A stretch of 64,000 bases of DNA from Octopus vulgaris. Lineage: Eukaryota. The notes below the pieces were generated by a model. It saw only the letters and a program-made list of their open reading frames with translations, was not told the origin of the DNA and ran no database searches. The stretch is taken from contig OX597831.1 in assembly GCA_951406725.2 (NCBI GenBank), forward strand, positions 29,574,001 to 29,638,000, read 5' to 3'. This document shows, one piece after another, positions 1-12,609 of this stretch. The stretch's first letter is position 1. Every line of letters starts with the position of its first letter. The position numbers and the translations under genes are program-made.

Positions 1-94
1 AGCAGGCATTGCCAACAATAACCCAGTGAGAACAGAAGAAAACAAATCAGATTGAACCAAGAACCTCAACGTATTCGGTTGTCAAATGAATTCG

Positions 95-305
95 CTTCTT
101 ATTTTCCTTTTTAAAGCCTGGTACATATTCTATCGGTATCGTTTTGCCGAACCGCTAATTTACAGCTACGTAAACACACCAACACCGGTTTTCAAATTGT
201 GGAGGGTACAAACACATACACACACACACACATACATACATACATACATACATACATACATACATACATACATACATACATACATGTGTGTGTGTGCGCG
301 CGCGC

Positions 306-336
<31 letters not shown>

Positions 337-539
337 GTTAATCCAAACATGAACAAGTAAGAAAAAACAACGCGATGACATGGAATAAGTACAGTGTTAT
401 TGTACGCTCAGGAAAGGAAAGAAAGAGGATTTCACGTTTCGAGCGGAGCTCTTCGTCAGAAATATAGAAAAAGTCCAAAGAAGGGAAGACGGAGAAAGAA
501 AATCGCCAAACATACACACGCGATCACATATTATATATG

Positions 540-590
<51 letters not shown>

Positions 591-735
591 GACGGGCTTC
601 TTTTAGCTTCCGTCTACCAAGGCCCGAAGCTATAGCAGAAGACACTTGCCGAAGGTGCCATGCCATGCAGTAGGGCTGAACCCGGAACCATGTGGTTGAG
701 AAGCAAAGTTCTTACCACACAGCCACATACGCGCC
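95..735 (-). mobile_element. SINE type A (tRNA-like head, CORE-like body, internal microsatellite), fragmented and interrupted by a Penelope-like repeat
   Basis: The head remnant at 588-735 and tail remnant at 95-215 match intact copies such as 49101-49516. Confidence 0.75.
335..530 (-). mobile_element. Penelope-like pseudo-LTR fragment with hammerhead-like motif
   Basis: The minus strand reads ATTT-CTGACGA-A-GAGC-TCC-GCTC-GAAA-CG-TG-AAAT. It is the same family as 28060-28356. Confidence 0.6.
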
Positions 736-841
736 TAAACATATTACGCCGAACGTGTGAATAATCATTATCTTATCATATTTTAGATGGCGGGATCATC
801 AGGTTCTTGTGCAATTATCACCAAATATTTACAATCTTAAT

Positions 842-1155
842 GACCCCCTTCGGTCATGAATGACCATGGGATTGCACCTAGAAAGTTTCCCTCCGAGGCA
901 CAAGTCCGGTCAATGTTGTTTATGGAAGACCAGACGTCACCCATGTATACCAGTCTCCTCTCCCCACACCACTGATGTTATCCAAGGGAAAGACAAAGGC
1001 CGATACAGCTTGGCACCAGTGACGTCGCAACTCATTTCTACAGCTGAGTGAACTGGAGGAACGTGAAATAAAGTGTCTTGCTCAAGAACACAACACACAG
1101 CCCAGTCCAGGAATTGAACTCATCACCTCATGACTGTGAGTCTGACGCTCTAATC
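842..1155 (-). mobile_element. SINE type D (tRNA-like head, CORE/V-like domain), head partly decayed
   Basis: Closely similar to 46010-46340. It contains GTGTTCTTGAGCAAGACACTTTATTTCACG on the minus strand. Confidence 0.8.
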
Positions 1156-1326
1156 GCCCCTTCTTAAGGAAGAAGAAAATCGAAGTGCTATCATGAACAT
1201 AGCTACGTGTCCAGTCATAGGGAAGACAGGTGACACAGTCGTAGAAACGGTTTGAAGTGTTGCAAATGCGTCAGTGCAAGAGATGGGGTTGTTGTGATTA
1301 GGATGGATTTTACTAGTTTTCAGCTT

Positions 1327-1740
1327 TATTTACATTATTTACATTCGACGGATATTTATCCTCATCTTGTTTGTTGTTAACACAACGTTTCGGCTGATAT
1401 ACCCTCCAGCCTTCTTCAGGTGTCTTGGGGGGAAATTTCGAACCTGGGTTCTCATTTCTAAGGTATATGCCCGCGGGAATAAAGCATAGTGGTTAAGAGC
1501 GCGGGCTAACCCCAAGATTCCGAGTTCGATTTCAAGCAGTGATCTAACTAATAATAATAATAATAATGATAATAATAATAACAACAACAACATCAAAAAA
1601 TACCTTAGGAATGAGAACCCAGGTTCGAAATTTCCCCAAGACACCCGAAGAAGGCTGGAGGGTATATCAGCCGAAACATTGTGTTAACAACAAACAAGAT
1701 GAGGACAAATATCCGTCGAATGTAAATAATGTAAATAATT
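1327..1740. mobile_element. Inverted pair of hammerhead-bearing Penelope-like repeats around a tRNA-like head
   Basis: 1327-1466 is the reverse complement of 1600-1740. The spacer holds an A/B-box-like sequence and (AAT)n. Confidence 0.75.
1379..1424 (-). ncRNA. Minimal type I hammerhead ribozyme
   Basis: GACAC-CTGAAGA-A-GGCTG-(10-nt loop)-CAGCC-GAAA-CG-TT-GTGTT. It has an intact CUGAnGA/GAAA core, a 5-bp stem II, a palindromic ACGT stem III and a GUU site. Confidence 0.7.
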
Positions 1741-1969
1741 CCTCATCTTTTAAATATAGAACTAGAGTTTTGAGGTGTTGCTGTAAGAGTTCTGGAATGT
1801 CATAGATGTGTCTGGACTGAGTAGAAGAGACAGTGGATTGGGTGATGTTGTAGTTGTATCCTGGGGTATTGTAGGTGTATGTGCACTGTGTGACAGAGAC
1901 AGAAAGAGAGCAGTCATGTGAAGATCACACGGTGAAGATGATCGTGCTAAAGCCATTACTACTGCTGTG

Positions 1970-1974
1970 TTGAC

Positions 1975-2019
<45 letters not shown>

Positions 2020-2190
2020 AATGATGATAACGATGATGATGATGATGATAACGATGACGATGATGACGATGATATTGATGATGATGATGATGATGATGAC
2101 GACGATGACGATAATGATAATGATGCTGATGATGATAATGATGACGATGGTGATGATGATGATGATATTGATGTTGATGATAATGATAAC

Positions 2191-2226
<36 letters not shown>

Positions 2227-2630
2227 GACGATGATGTTGATGATAATGACGATGATGATAATGATAACGATAATGACAATGGTTTTGATGATTATGATGA
2301 TGATGATGATGATGATGACGATAACACTGATGATGATAGTCATGTGATGATGATGAAGATGACGATGATGACAACAATGATGATAATGATGAGGAGGAGA
2401 TTGACGATGAGGGCGACGTTGATGATAGTGATGAGGATGATGATGATGATGACGATGCTGATGCTGCTGCTACTAGTGCTGATGATGATGAGGACAATAA
2501 GGAAGGGGAGGAGAAGGACGACGACGACGATGATGATGATGATGATGATGATGATAGTGATGACGGTGATGGTGATGATGATGACGACGACGACGATGAT
2601 GACGATGATGGCGACGGTGATGGCGATGGC
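1970..2630. repeat. Imperfect (GAT)n trinucleotide array
   Basis: Read directly. It explains the poly-M/D/H/S/I ORFs. Confidence 0.95.
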
Positions 2631-2840
2631 ATCCGGTGTGATAGGTGATTTAGTTTTGATGATGTGAAACGAACGCATGAGTAAGCAGCAGAAATAAGAA
2701 ACAGATGTTGATTGACGGCGGGGGGGGGAGTAGGAAGAAAATGTAAAAAACACACACTTACAGACGCTCACAGGCATTCATATGCACACTATATACACAC
2801 ACAAAACAATATACAGTCACACACATAATGCATGTATGTG

Positions 2841-2923
<83 letters not shown>

Positions 2924-3681
2924 GTATGTATATGTATATGTATATATATATATACGTAAATGGCGAACGATGAAATGAGTGCTCAACACCGTGTTGGTGG
3001 ATATATAATTTCTTTACTTGTGAATTAAGGCTACTATTAGTTTCATGTTAAGAAAAGTAGGAAAATGTCCTAGTGCCTTAACAATTTCTCAAGCCGATCA
3101 TGACCTGAAACTGGTATGGGCCAAATAGTAACCCCCATCAAAAAGCAACGGGATCTCATAACTCAATTCTCCAAAGACTTTGGAATGAAATTTGAAGGGT
3201 CCAAATGTGCATTTTTGGCGGTAAAATGCGGGAAACTTTACTCACATTCAAAACACTAAACATAGACAACCTTGAAATACAGCTTCTGCTCCCTGGGAAA
3301 AGTTACAAATATATTAGATAGGGCGAAAACGTCAGCTACGACAGACCAATCAATAAACAGAGAGGACGAGGAATGAGTAACGTTTTCCTTCGCATTCATT
3401 CTTTCCTCTTTCTCTCTCCCTCTCTTTCTCCCTCTCTTACTCGCTATCGGTTTCACTCGGTTTCACTCTCTTTCTTTTATTCGCATTTTCTCTGTTTTCC
3501 TCCCTTTCTCTGTTTGCGGTTAGGCTATTCGGCTCACGATCGTGAAGTTGTGAGTTCGATTCCTGGCACTCAGTCCACTCAGCGGTTCGGCAAAAATGAT
3601 ATAAGTACCTTGCAATTCAAAGGGGCCAGCCTTGTCATTAAGGTATGTCACGCTGAATCTCTGAGGACTACATTAAGGGTA

Positions 3682-3718
<37 letters not shown>

Positions 3719-3789
3719 TTATTGATTGAATAACTGAATGATTATATATACCGACGGAGGATATATAGAGATATGTATGTATGTTTATG

Positions 3790-4264
3790 TACTCTCTTCT
3801 TTCTCTCAATCTAATCTTTTATTCATCTTCGTTTACTTGTGAATTAAGGCTACTATTAGTTTCATGTTAAGAAAAGTAGGAAAATGTCCTTCCTTCTCTC
3901 ATGCCCCCCCTCTTTCTCTCTTCCTTTATATCCCTCTTTTCTTCTCACCCTCAAATACAGACGCCCGCCCGTATGCACTAAATTACATGAGATCGTCCAA
4001 TCATTCTTACAAATACGGAGATTACTTACAAAAGAGTGGATTAAACGGTGCAATTAATCACTTAATCCCTTCTTATCAAGATACTTTAATTAAATCGTAA
4101 CAAATGCCTGACAAAAAAAACAAAAACAAAAAAAAGAACATTATCGCTACACAAATTAACACTTACTGCTCTCATACATAGATACATAGATAGATACATA
4201 CATACATGTATATATGTATATGTGTGTATGTATGCATATATATATATATATATATATGTGTGTA

Positions 4265-4301
<37 letters not shown>

Positions 4302-4989
4302 TAATCAATATAGGGTGGCAAAAAATTTTGTAGAATTTTTTGCCACCAGCGGCCTAGTGGCAAAATTGATATGCACCTGCAATTCAAAGGGGCCAGCCTT
4401 GTCACTTAAGGTGTGTCACGCTGAATCTCCCCGAGAACTACATTAAGGGTATGCATGCCAGTTGGACCTTAATTTCGCGAGCAAGTTGCATCGTTGATTG
4501 AATCAACTGGAACCCTGATCGTCGTAACCGACGGAGGACCAGTACTCTCTTCTTTCTCTCAATCTAATCTTTTATTCATCTTCGTTTTCTTTTTACCTTT
4601 CTCTGCTCTTCCTTTACTCACCTTCCTTCTCTCATACCTCCCCCTCTCTCTCTCTCTCTTCCTTTCTATCCCTCTCTTCTTCTCACCCTCAAACACAGAC
4701 GCCCACCCGTATGCACTAAATTACATGAGATCGTCCAATCATTCTTACAAATACGGAGATTACTTACAAAAGAGTGGATTAAACGGTGCAATTAATCACT
4801 TAATCCCTTCTTATTAAGATACTTTAATTAAATCGTAACAAATGCCTGACAAAAAAAAAAACAAAAACAAAAAAAGAACATTATCGCTACACAAATTAAC
4901 ACTTACTGCCCTCATACATAGATACATAGATAGATACATACATACATGTATATATGTATATGTGTGTATGTATGCATATATATATATAT

Positions 4990-4990
<1 letters not shown>
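3790..4990 (+). repeat. Local direct duplication (about 3790-4250 and 4543-4990)
   Basis: The unique-looking sequence CCCGTATGCACTAAATTACATGAG...CAAATTAACACTTACTGC occurs twice, nearly identically. Confidence 0.9.
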
Positions 4991-5071
<81 letters not shown>

Positions 5072-5117
5072 CTTCTGTATACATATATGCAAATATAATT
5101 ACACTCACACGCATAAT

Positions 5118-5160
<43 letters not shown>

Positions 5161-5486
5161 CTCTTGTATAAATGTGTATAACCTTATATACCACATCTTA
5201 CGTATTATTATACAACTCTAGAAATATTATGTTTTTACATCTACATCAGCTTATTATAAAAAAGACCTTATTTCTTACCACTGCTCCCAAATTAATATTT
5301 GCATTCACACATACACAACAAACTTATATACATGTTTTCATTGTAGTTCCTTATTTGTACTTGCAACGGCTTTTTCCCAGATTGGATTGAGCCGGCTCCG
5401 ACCAACGGGTTGACCACGAAGATATGACTGGCGACAGTAAAGACGGACGTGGAAGCACAATCTGATCTCCGTGGTGAATCTTGACC

Positions 5487-5860
5487 TCAAGCGACGGTAG
5501 GGCTCAGTCGAGGTTGTAATGGATACTCACACCCAGTTTCACTGCCGAAGACCATAAACACAGGGGTTCCGATTGTGCTACCACTTCCGTCGTTACCGTC
5601 CTCCATTTGTCCTCCAGTTCGTTTGTGCCAGCCTGGGAGGGGCGCTGGGTGAATGAATTCCCCCGGAGGCTGACGGAAAGTATGGCCAAGCCACCTTAGA
5701 CGTCTTTTGAGTAGAACTTGTTGCAAAGAGTTGATGCAGTAATGTTGTCGTATTTTGGGGGATTGAAATGAAGTCCAATGGGCGAACACGCACACTTCCA
5801 CACTTCTACTTTCATTGGTACCATACTGATTACTTGGGGTGCGTAGGATGTCAGAGAGGT
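5487..5860 (-). mobile_element. RTE-clade LINE ORF C-terminal relic
   Basis: Translation LKRRLRWLGHTFRQPP...PLPGWHKRTGGQ matches the RLRWLGH...W.R..GG motif region downstream of RT in RTE elements. Confidence 0.7.
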
Positions 5861-6047
5861 GTAACGATTTTGACGGGGCCACATGTCGCATTTTTAGGGA
5901 TTATCCGTCCGCTTTGGCCTGCCCCTGGCATCCTACTCTGATCTATATCTCCAAGTAGCTGTTTGCATGTAGTGGTGGCCATACCTCAGTAGATCGCTTT
6001 AACTGGTGGGTTAAACCTGGTGAGGGTAGCCAACGTGTATATAACTC

Positions 6048-6442
6048 TTATTTCTTTATTGCCCACAGGGGGCTAAACATAGAGGGGACAAACAAGGACA
6101 GACAAAGGCATTAAGTCGATTACACTGACCCCAGCGCGTAACTGGTACTTAATTTATCGACCCCGAAAGGATGAAAGGCAAAGTCTACCTCGGCAGAATT
6201 TGAACTCTGAACGTAAAGACAGACGAAATACCTATTTCTTTACTACCCACAAGGGGCTAAACACCGAGAGGACAAACAAGGACAGACAAACGGATTAAGT
6301 AACTGGTACTTAATTTATCGACCCCGAAAGATTGAAAGACAAAGTCGACCTCGGCGAAATTTGAACTCAGAACGCAGCGGCGGACGAAATACCCCTAAGC
6401 AGCTCGCCCGGCGTGCTAACGTTTCTGACAGTTCGCCGCCTT
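6048..6442 (-). mobile_element. SINE type B (MetaSINE-like central domain), multimer with TSD
   Basis: GCCTTTCATCCTTTCGGGGTCGATAAATTAAGTACCAG is repeated. It is flanked by AACGTG(T/A)ATATAACTCTT at 6032-6049 and 6443-6460. Confidence 0.85.
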
Positions 6443-7621
6443 AACGTGAATATAACTCTTGGGGAGTTAGGTTTTGCCTTTCTATTCATGTGGAAACTGG
6501 ATCTGGTGGACTCTGAAGGAAAAAAAAAACTTTCATGATTCAACAGAGGGAATGGCGGCTTGCAATAACGCATTGTGGAGTGCCGAGAGCAAGATGAGAC
6601 GAGTAAGACATCTCGATCATCCACTGCATCCGTCTCCATCCCCAATTATGCCAATAGATTGAAGATGGCCACGGACAAGAGAATGGGGTTAAAGATGCGA
6701 AATTCTTCTTCGTTTTAAACAAAGTCACTGCGCATGTCACCAGTTAACCTTAATGATGATTAAATGGGCCTCGTCGTTCGCGCGGACAAACGTGTATTGA
6801 TTATCAATTACAGTTCAATGTACTCGCAACACCATCACCATCAAAGCCATCCTCACCACTGGAATGGTACAGTCAAGTCTTTTAATGTTGACTCATCCAG
6901 GAATATATGTATTCCAACAGGAAGAAATTATAGTCATTTCCTTTGATGATGGCATGTGAAGATGCCGAAAACTCTTTGCTGTGTCTCTTTGGTGAACTTA
7001 TCCGATTAGAAACATACGCATACTTACATACATGCATGCATGCATAAATGCATACATATTTACATGCATACACGCTCGTGCATGCATATATAGACAGACA
7101 CACAAACATAGACGCATATATGCAGACACGCTGAGACAGACACATACACGTACACACATATTTGCACACATATGCACTCAGACACATACACGGGTACACA
7201 TACATGAATACATACATATAGAGACATAAATACACATGCATACTCATGCAGTCTCACACACACATGCACGCACGCACACATAAACATACAGACACATACA
7301 TGAACAGGCTCACAGACAAACAGAGAGACATACACACGGACACATACCACGACATACACACATGCACATGAACAAACGCATGTAGACACAAACATACAGA
7401 AGAACATACATACACATGCACAAAGATATACACATGCATACACATATGCAACCACACACATACACATATGCACACAGGCATTTAAATACAAACATACAGA
7501 GGTACTTGTATCACAAACACATGTATACAGGCATACACTCAAAAGCACACACATACACATATACAAAGACACACAGAGATATATACACACGCAAACAGAT
7601 GCAAGCATACAGACACACAGG

Positions 7622-7663
<42 letters not shown>

Positions 7664-7750
7664 CACTACACAAACATACATATATATACATATATAAATA
7701 TATACACACAAACACCCATATACATACATATATATGAATGCACTACATAA

Positions 7751-7806
<56 letters not shown>

Positions 7807-8025
7807 ACCACTTCTGTTGAATTGTTCTCAAGAGAACAATTCCTTTAGTGGTATGAGTCCCTTTGCGGATCTATATCTAGCGTAAGAGCGTCCACATAAT
7901 GGATTCTCTCTCATAGTGTTTATTAATAATATTTACTGAATCTTAGTCTTTTATGCGCTAGGCTTCTGGTGCTTAAATTGATGTTATTAAATTAATATCC
8001 AATTTTTTCACCCTCATTTTGACTT

Positions 8026-8102
<77 letters not shown>

Positions 8103-8821
8103 TTGTGAACTGTCTGATGAAATCTTCCCCTAGGAAGCTTCCTGACAGATTTCCGATCTGAATGAAACAGTTCTACGTCCCCATCACATAGCTGTTCTAT
8201 AAAATAGAATAACTTTACTCTGCTATGTACAAAGAGTACCTTATTTACTGTGGTTAGCCCCGACTCAACCCGGGACCTACATATATATATATATAGAGAG
8301 AGTATACACTACACAAACACACATATGCATACATATATATATACACAAGCACTACCCGAGCATATATAGATCTGAAAGCACCGTGCCTCTACACTTTGAA
8401 ATTCCTGTATTCCTATACACTTTCAAATTCACACATATACTCACCAAAAGGAATACACACACAGACACAGATGCGCATACAAGCACACAGAGACACACAT
8501 ATGCACACAAACACTTAGTGCTACCCAAAGTATCATGCTTCTGTTCTTAACCTATCCACTCAAAAACATTTGTATCACATTATCTTTGGCTAATACCGTT
8601 TATCAGTTGGGAGCGATACAACCCAAAGTTGGTTAACTGTTCAGTCCGCCGAACGTTGAAGAGCAGACAAGCATAAATTAATTAATTTACCCAACGTAGA
8701 CTATCTCAACCGCCCCCTCTCTATATGTATGTATATAGGTAATATATATATAAGTATATATATATATGTGTGTGGTGTGTGTGTGTGTGTATAAATATAT
8801 ATGTATGTATATACCTATATG

Positions 8822-8862
<41 letters not shown>

Positions 8863-9115
8863 ATATATATATATGTGTATGTATATATATATATGTTATT
8901 TATATATGTGTATTTATATATGTATATATATGTATTTATATATGTATATATATATATGTATTTATATATGTATATATATACACATATATATATTTATATA
9001 TGTATATATATATACACGTATATATATTTACATATATATATATATTTATATATGTTTATATATACTTACACACTTATATACACTTATATATATATATATG
9101 TATTTATATATGTAT

Positions 9116-9193
<78 letters not shown>

Positions 9194-9239
9194 TAATGTT
9201 TGTTTTTACGTTATAATCATTTCACATGATTGCACAAGG

Positions 9240-9437
9240 CAGCACTTTTTGAGGAGAGGGGAAGTCGATAACATCGGTCCCAGTACTTGGCTGACGGCTA
9301 CTTTTTTTTTTATCTACTCCGAAATGATGAATAGCAAAGTCGACCTTGGTGGAATTTGAACTCAGAACGTAAAGACGGATGAAATATGGCTAAGCATTTT
9401 ATCGGGCTTGCTAACGTTTCTGCCAGCTCGCTACCTT
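9240..9437 (-). mobile_element. SINE type B, diverged
   Basis: The head and central domain are similar to 47021-47250. Confidence 0.75.
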
Positions 9438-9559
9438 AAAACTGAAAAATGACTCAATACAATATGGTTTAGTACAAATTTATTATTCTTTACGAAGAAT
9501 AGTAATAACAGTAACTTCGAAGTTTCGGTTAGCTAACCAGTCATCGGACAATCCACATT

Positions 9560-9578
9560 TAGATAGATAGATAGATAA

Positions 9579-9628
<50 letters not shown>

Positions 9629-9632
9629 GATC

Positions 9633-9675
<43 letters not shown>

Positions 9676-9687
9676 GGATAGATGATC

Positions 9688-9771
<84 letters not shown>
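9560..9771. repeat. (GATA)n array
   Basis: Read directly. Confidence 0.95.
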
Positions 9772-9879
9772 TGTGTTAGTTTGTGTGTATCTATATGTAA
9801 TATAATATATAAATATATGCATATATGCATACATATATGTACATACCTACATGTATATGTATATATACATGCATATATG

Positions 9880-10165
9880 GGTACAGGACATCAAAAAACG
9901 TAGAAACAGTGAGAAACGAAAACATAGAAAACGAGACATGTAAGAAAGAACATTCCCTTCATCAGTTGTCCCCTGTTTCATGTACTCCGCGTTTCGAAGA
10001 TAAGGACGACGTGCGACTTCATTAAAACAGTCCTTCCCGCAAAGTAAATTAAATAAAATTTGGGATTTTTTGCGGAGGGTGAAAGTGGTAACAAAAACAG
10101 GACAGTGAGAACAAGACAGTAAAAACAAACGGTGAGGGTTGTTAAGCAAAGACGATGTGAAGTTA
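9880..10165 (-). mobile_element. Penelope-like pseudo-LTR fragment
   Basis: Related to 17250-17400. The minus strand carries CTGATGA and GAAACGCG motifs that do not form a clean hammerhead. Confidence 0.4.
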
Positions 10166-10175
10166 TGAACCCTGT

Positions 10176-10310
10176 ACCATTCCTTGTCCACACTGTCAAA
10201 GGCTCTTTCGGGTGCAGATTGGGCTCGCTAGCCATCTGCTGACTCACAAAACAAACCTACTCTCACTCTGGATGACTAGATGGTCTTCGTCGCATCGACG
10301 GAGAAACTAC
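10176..10310 (+). mobile_element. RTE LINE 3' end with C2H2 zinc-finger relic and short 3' UTR
   Basis: It translates TIPCPHCQRLFRVQIGLASHLLTH. The tail is GTCTTCGTCGCATCGACGGAG. Confidence 0.7.
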
Positions 10311-10376
10311 ATGAACACTGGAAAAACGAGTTTTTGTGAAGAGACAGATAAAATCGCGTCTTGTCTTTAGGAAGGA

Positions 10377-10413
<37 letters not shown>

Positions 10414-10955
10414 TATATAATATTACTATTTGAAATAGTTTCATTTGACTCCAAGTGGCTTAAAGTTTCGCTGGCTTCTTACAGAAACCTAGCTGTTAAA
10501 GCTCAGGTTACTCGTCAACGAGCTAGGATTTTGTAAGAAGCCTTGGAAACTTTAAGTCGCCTAGAACCGAATCAAACTGTTTTGAATAATACATGTAACT
10601 CTAGTAAATGTGTTGAGTGCCTTTTTTCTTTCGTTTGTCCATTCACTCCTATATCTGTGTGCTTGTGTGCGTTTGTTAGTGTGTGTGTGTGTGTTTGTAT
10701 GTGTGGTGTTGTGGATGTGTGAGGATGGCGTAGATTGCTATTTCAAAAGTATATGTTAGATTTAAAAAAACTTGCGTTGTACATACACACACATATACGC
10801 TCGCACACACATATACATGCACACATACATATGTACGCATATGCATGCGCGCGCACACACGCAGGAGAGGTAAGTCAGAAGAGAAACGGCAGTCTGTGAC
10901 CTGAACGAATTTTATATCTTTAGAGGTGAAGCGGGCAAACTGTTAACAAGGTGAT

Positions 10956-10992
<37 letters not shown>

Positions 10993-11448
10993 TGTGTGTG
11001 TGAGAGAGAGAAGCAGAGACAGAGACAGACAAACAGAGAAAGAGAGAGAGAGCGACAGAGACAGAGACAGAGAGAGAAGGAAAGCAAGCAATGAGGCAGG
11101 AGGTGATGATGTTGAGATTTACTACAGCAACATCGACACCTCCTACGAGCGCACGCACACACACATACACATACACACACACAGATGCATGCGCACAAGC
11201 TCACACACACGAATATGTATACATTCAGATACTCCCACACACATTCACACATATTGCACGCACATGCATTGCACACATACACTTCTCGCTTCTCATAAAT
11301 ACATAACACTTCATGCACAAACCGCTTTTCTTTTACAACTGGCGGTGGTGGTAGCGGTAGTAGTAGTGGTGGTGATGGTTGAAGTCGGTGGGAAGCTGTA
11401 GATACAAGGAGGGAAGAATATGGATGGATGTGAGTGTGTGTGTGTGTA

Positions 11449-11620
11449 GGTGCAGGAGTGGCTGTGTGGTAAGTAGCTTGCTTACCAACCACATGGTTCC
11501 GGGTTCAGTCCTACTGCGTGGCACCTTGGTCAAGTGTCTTCTACTATAGCCTCGGGCCGACCAAAGCCTTGTGAGTGGATCCCGGATTTGGTGGACGGAA
11601 ACTGAAAGAAGCCTGTCGTA
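11449..11620 (+). mobile_element. SINE type A, 5' half
   Basis: A box GTGGCTGTGTGGT and B box GGTTCAGTCC, followed by CCTTGGTCAAGTGTCTT. Confidence 0.85.
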
Positions 11621-11649
11621 TATATATATATATATATATATATAAAAGG

Positions 11650-11955
11650 AAATGAAGAAAATGCTGACAAATAATTGAAGTACCGTAATTTAATTAGGTG
11701 AAAGTTCTTTTTACCGGTTGCGCATTTGTTATCCTTATCAAAATATAAAAGAGAGATTAGAGTTTCCTTTCTTATAAAGTTCTATGTTTCCGACTTATCA
11801 AAATATAAAGAGAGATTAGAGTTCCTTTCTTATAGAATTTAAGAAAGGAACTCTAATCTCTTTTTATTTTGATAAGCATAACAAATGCGCAACCTAAAAA
11901 GAACTTTCACCAATAATACTTAAATTACTTCAATGTTTGTCCATTTTCTTCATTT
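11650..11955. repeat. Inverted repeat between (TA)n tracts, with a degenerate hammerhead-shaped motif
   Basis: 11650-11782 is the approximate reverse complement of 11835-11955. The motif consensus of the two arms is TTGATAA-GCAT-aacaa-ATGC-GCAA-CCGG-TA. Confidence 0.7.
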
Positions 11956-11992
11956 TGTGTTTTATCTTTGTCGTTTTCGACATCTCCTTTTT

Positions 11993-12037
<45 letters not shown>

Positions 12038-12092
12038 TGCCCATGGCCGCGGCCTTCGGCTAAAACATTTTTAAGGATTTAAGGATTTAAGG

Positions 12093-12124
<32 letters not shown>

Positions 12125-12189
12125 GCATGTATGTATGTATATGTTTCTGTCTTTGTCCCCACAACATCGCTTGACAACCGATGTTGGTG

Positions 12190-12545
12190 TGGTTAGGGCC
12201 GCGGACACGCGGTCGTAAGATCGAGTTTCCATTCCCAGACCAGTCGTTGTAAATGTTTATTGAGCGAAAACGCTTAAAGCTCCACTCCAGCCGGGAGTGG
12301 TAACGAAACTTGCTGTGGTCTTTCATGACAACTTTCTCTCATTTTCTCTTCCTGTTTCTGTTGTACCTGTATTTCAAAGGGCCAGCCTTGTCACACTCTG
12401 TGTCACGCTGAATCTCCCGAAGAGTTACGTTAAGTGCACACGTGTCTGTGGAGTGCTCAGCCACTTGCACGTTAATTCCAGGAGCAGGCTGCTCCGTTGA
12501 TCGGATCAACTGGAACCCTCGTCGTCGTAACTGACGGAGTGCCAC
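12190..12545 (+). mobile_element. SINE type C (tRNA-Arg-like head, RTE-like tail)
   Basis: Matches 24974-25351. Confidence 0.8.
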
Positions 12546-12560
12546 GACGATATATATATG

Positions 12561-12609
<49 letters not shown>

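Noticed and set aside
8108-8175. CTGATGA...GAAAC possible hammerhead
   Set aside because: Stem II does not close next to GAAA, and there is no consistent stem III or cleavage site.
10176-10250. Host C2H2 zinc-finger exon
   Set aside because: It is a single finger followed by a LINE-type 3' tail, typical of RTE ORF ends.
12078-12093. (TTAAGGA)n resembling telomeric repeat
   Set aside because: There are only about three units and they are not TTAGGG. It is more likely a retroposon tail.
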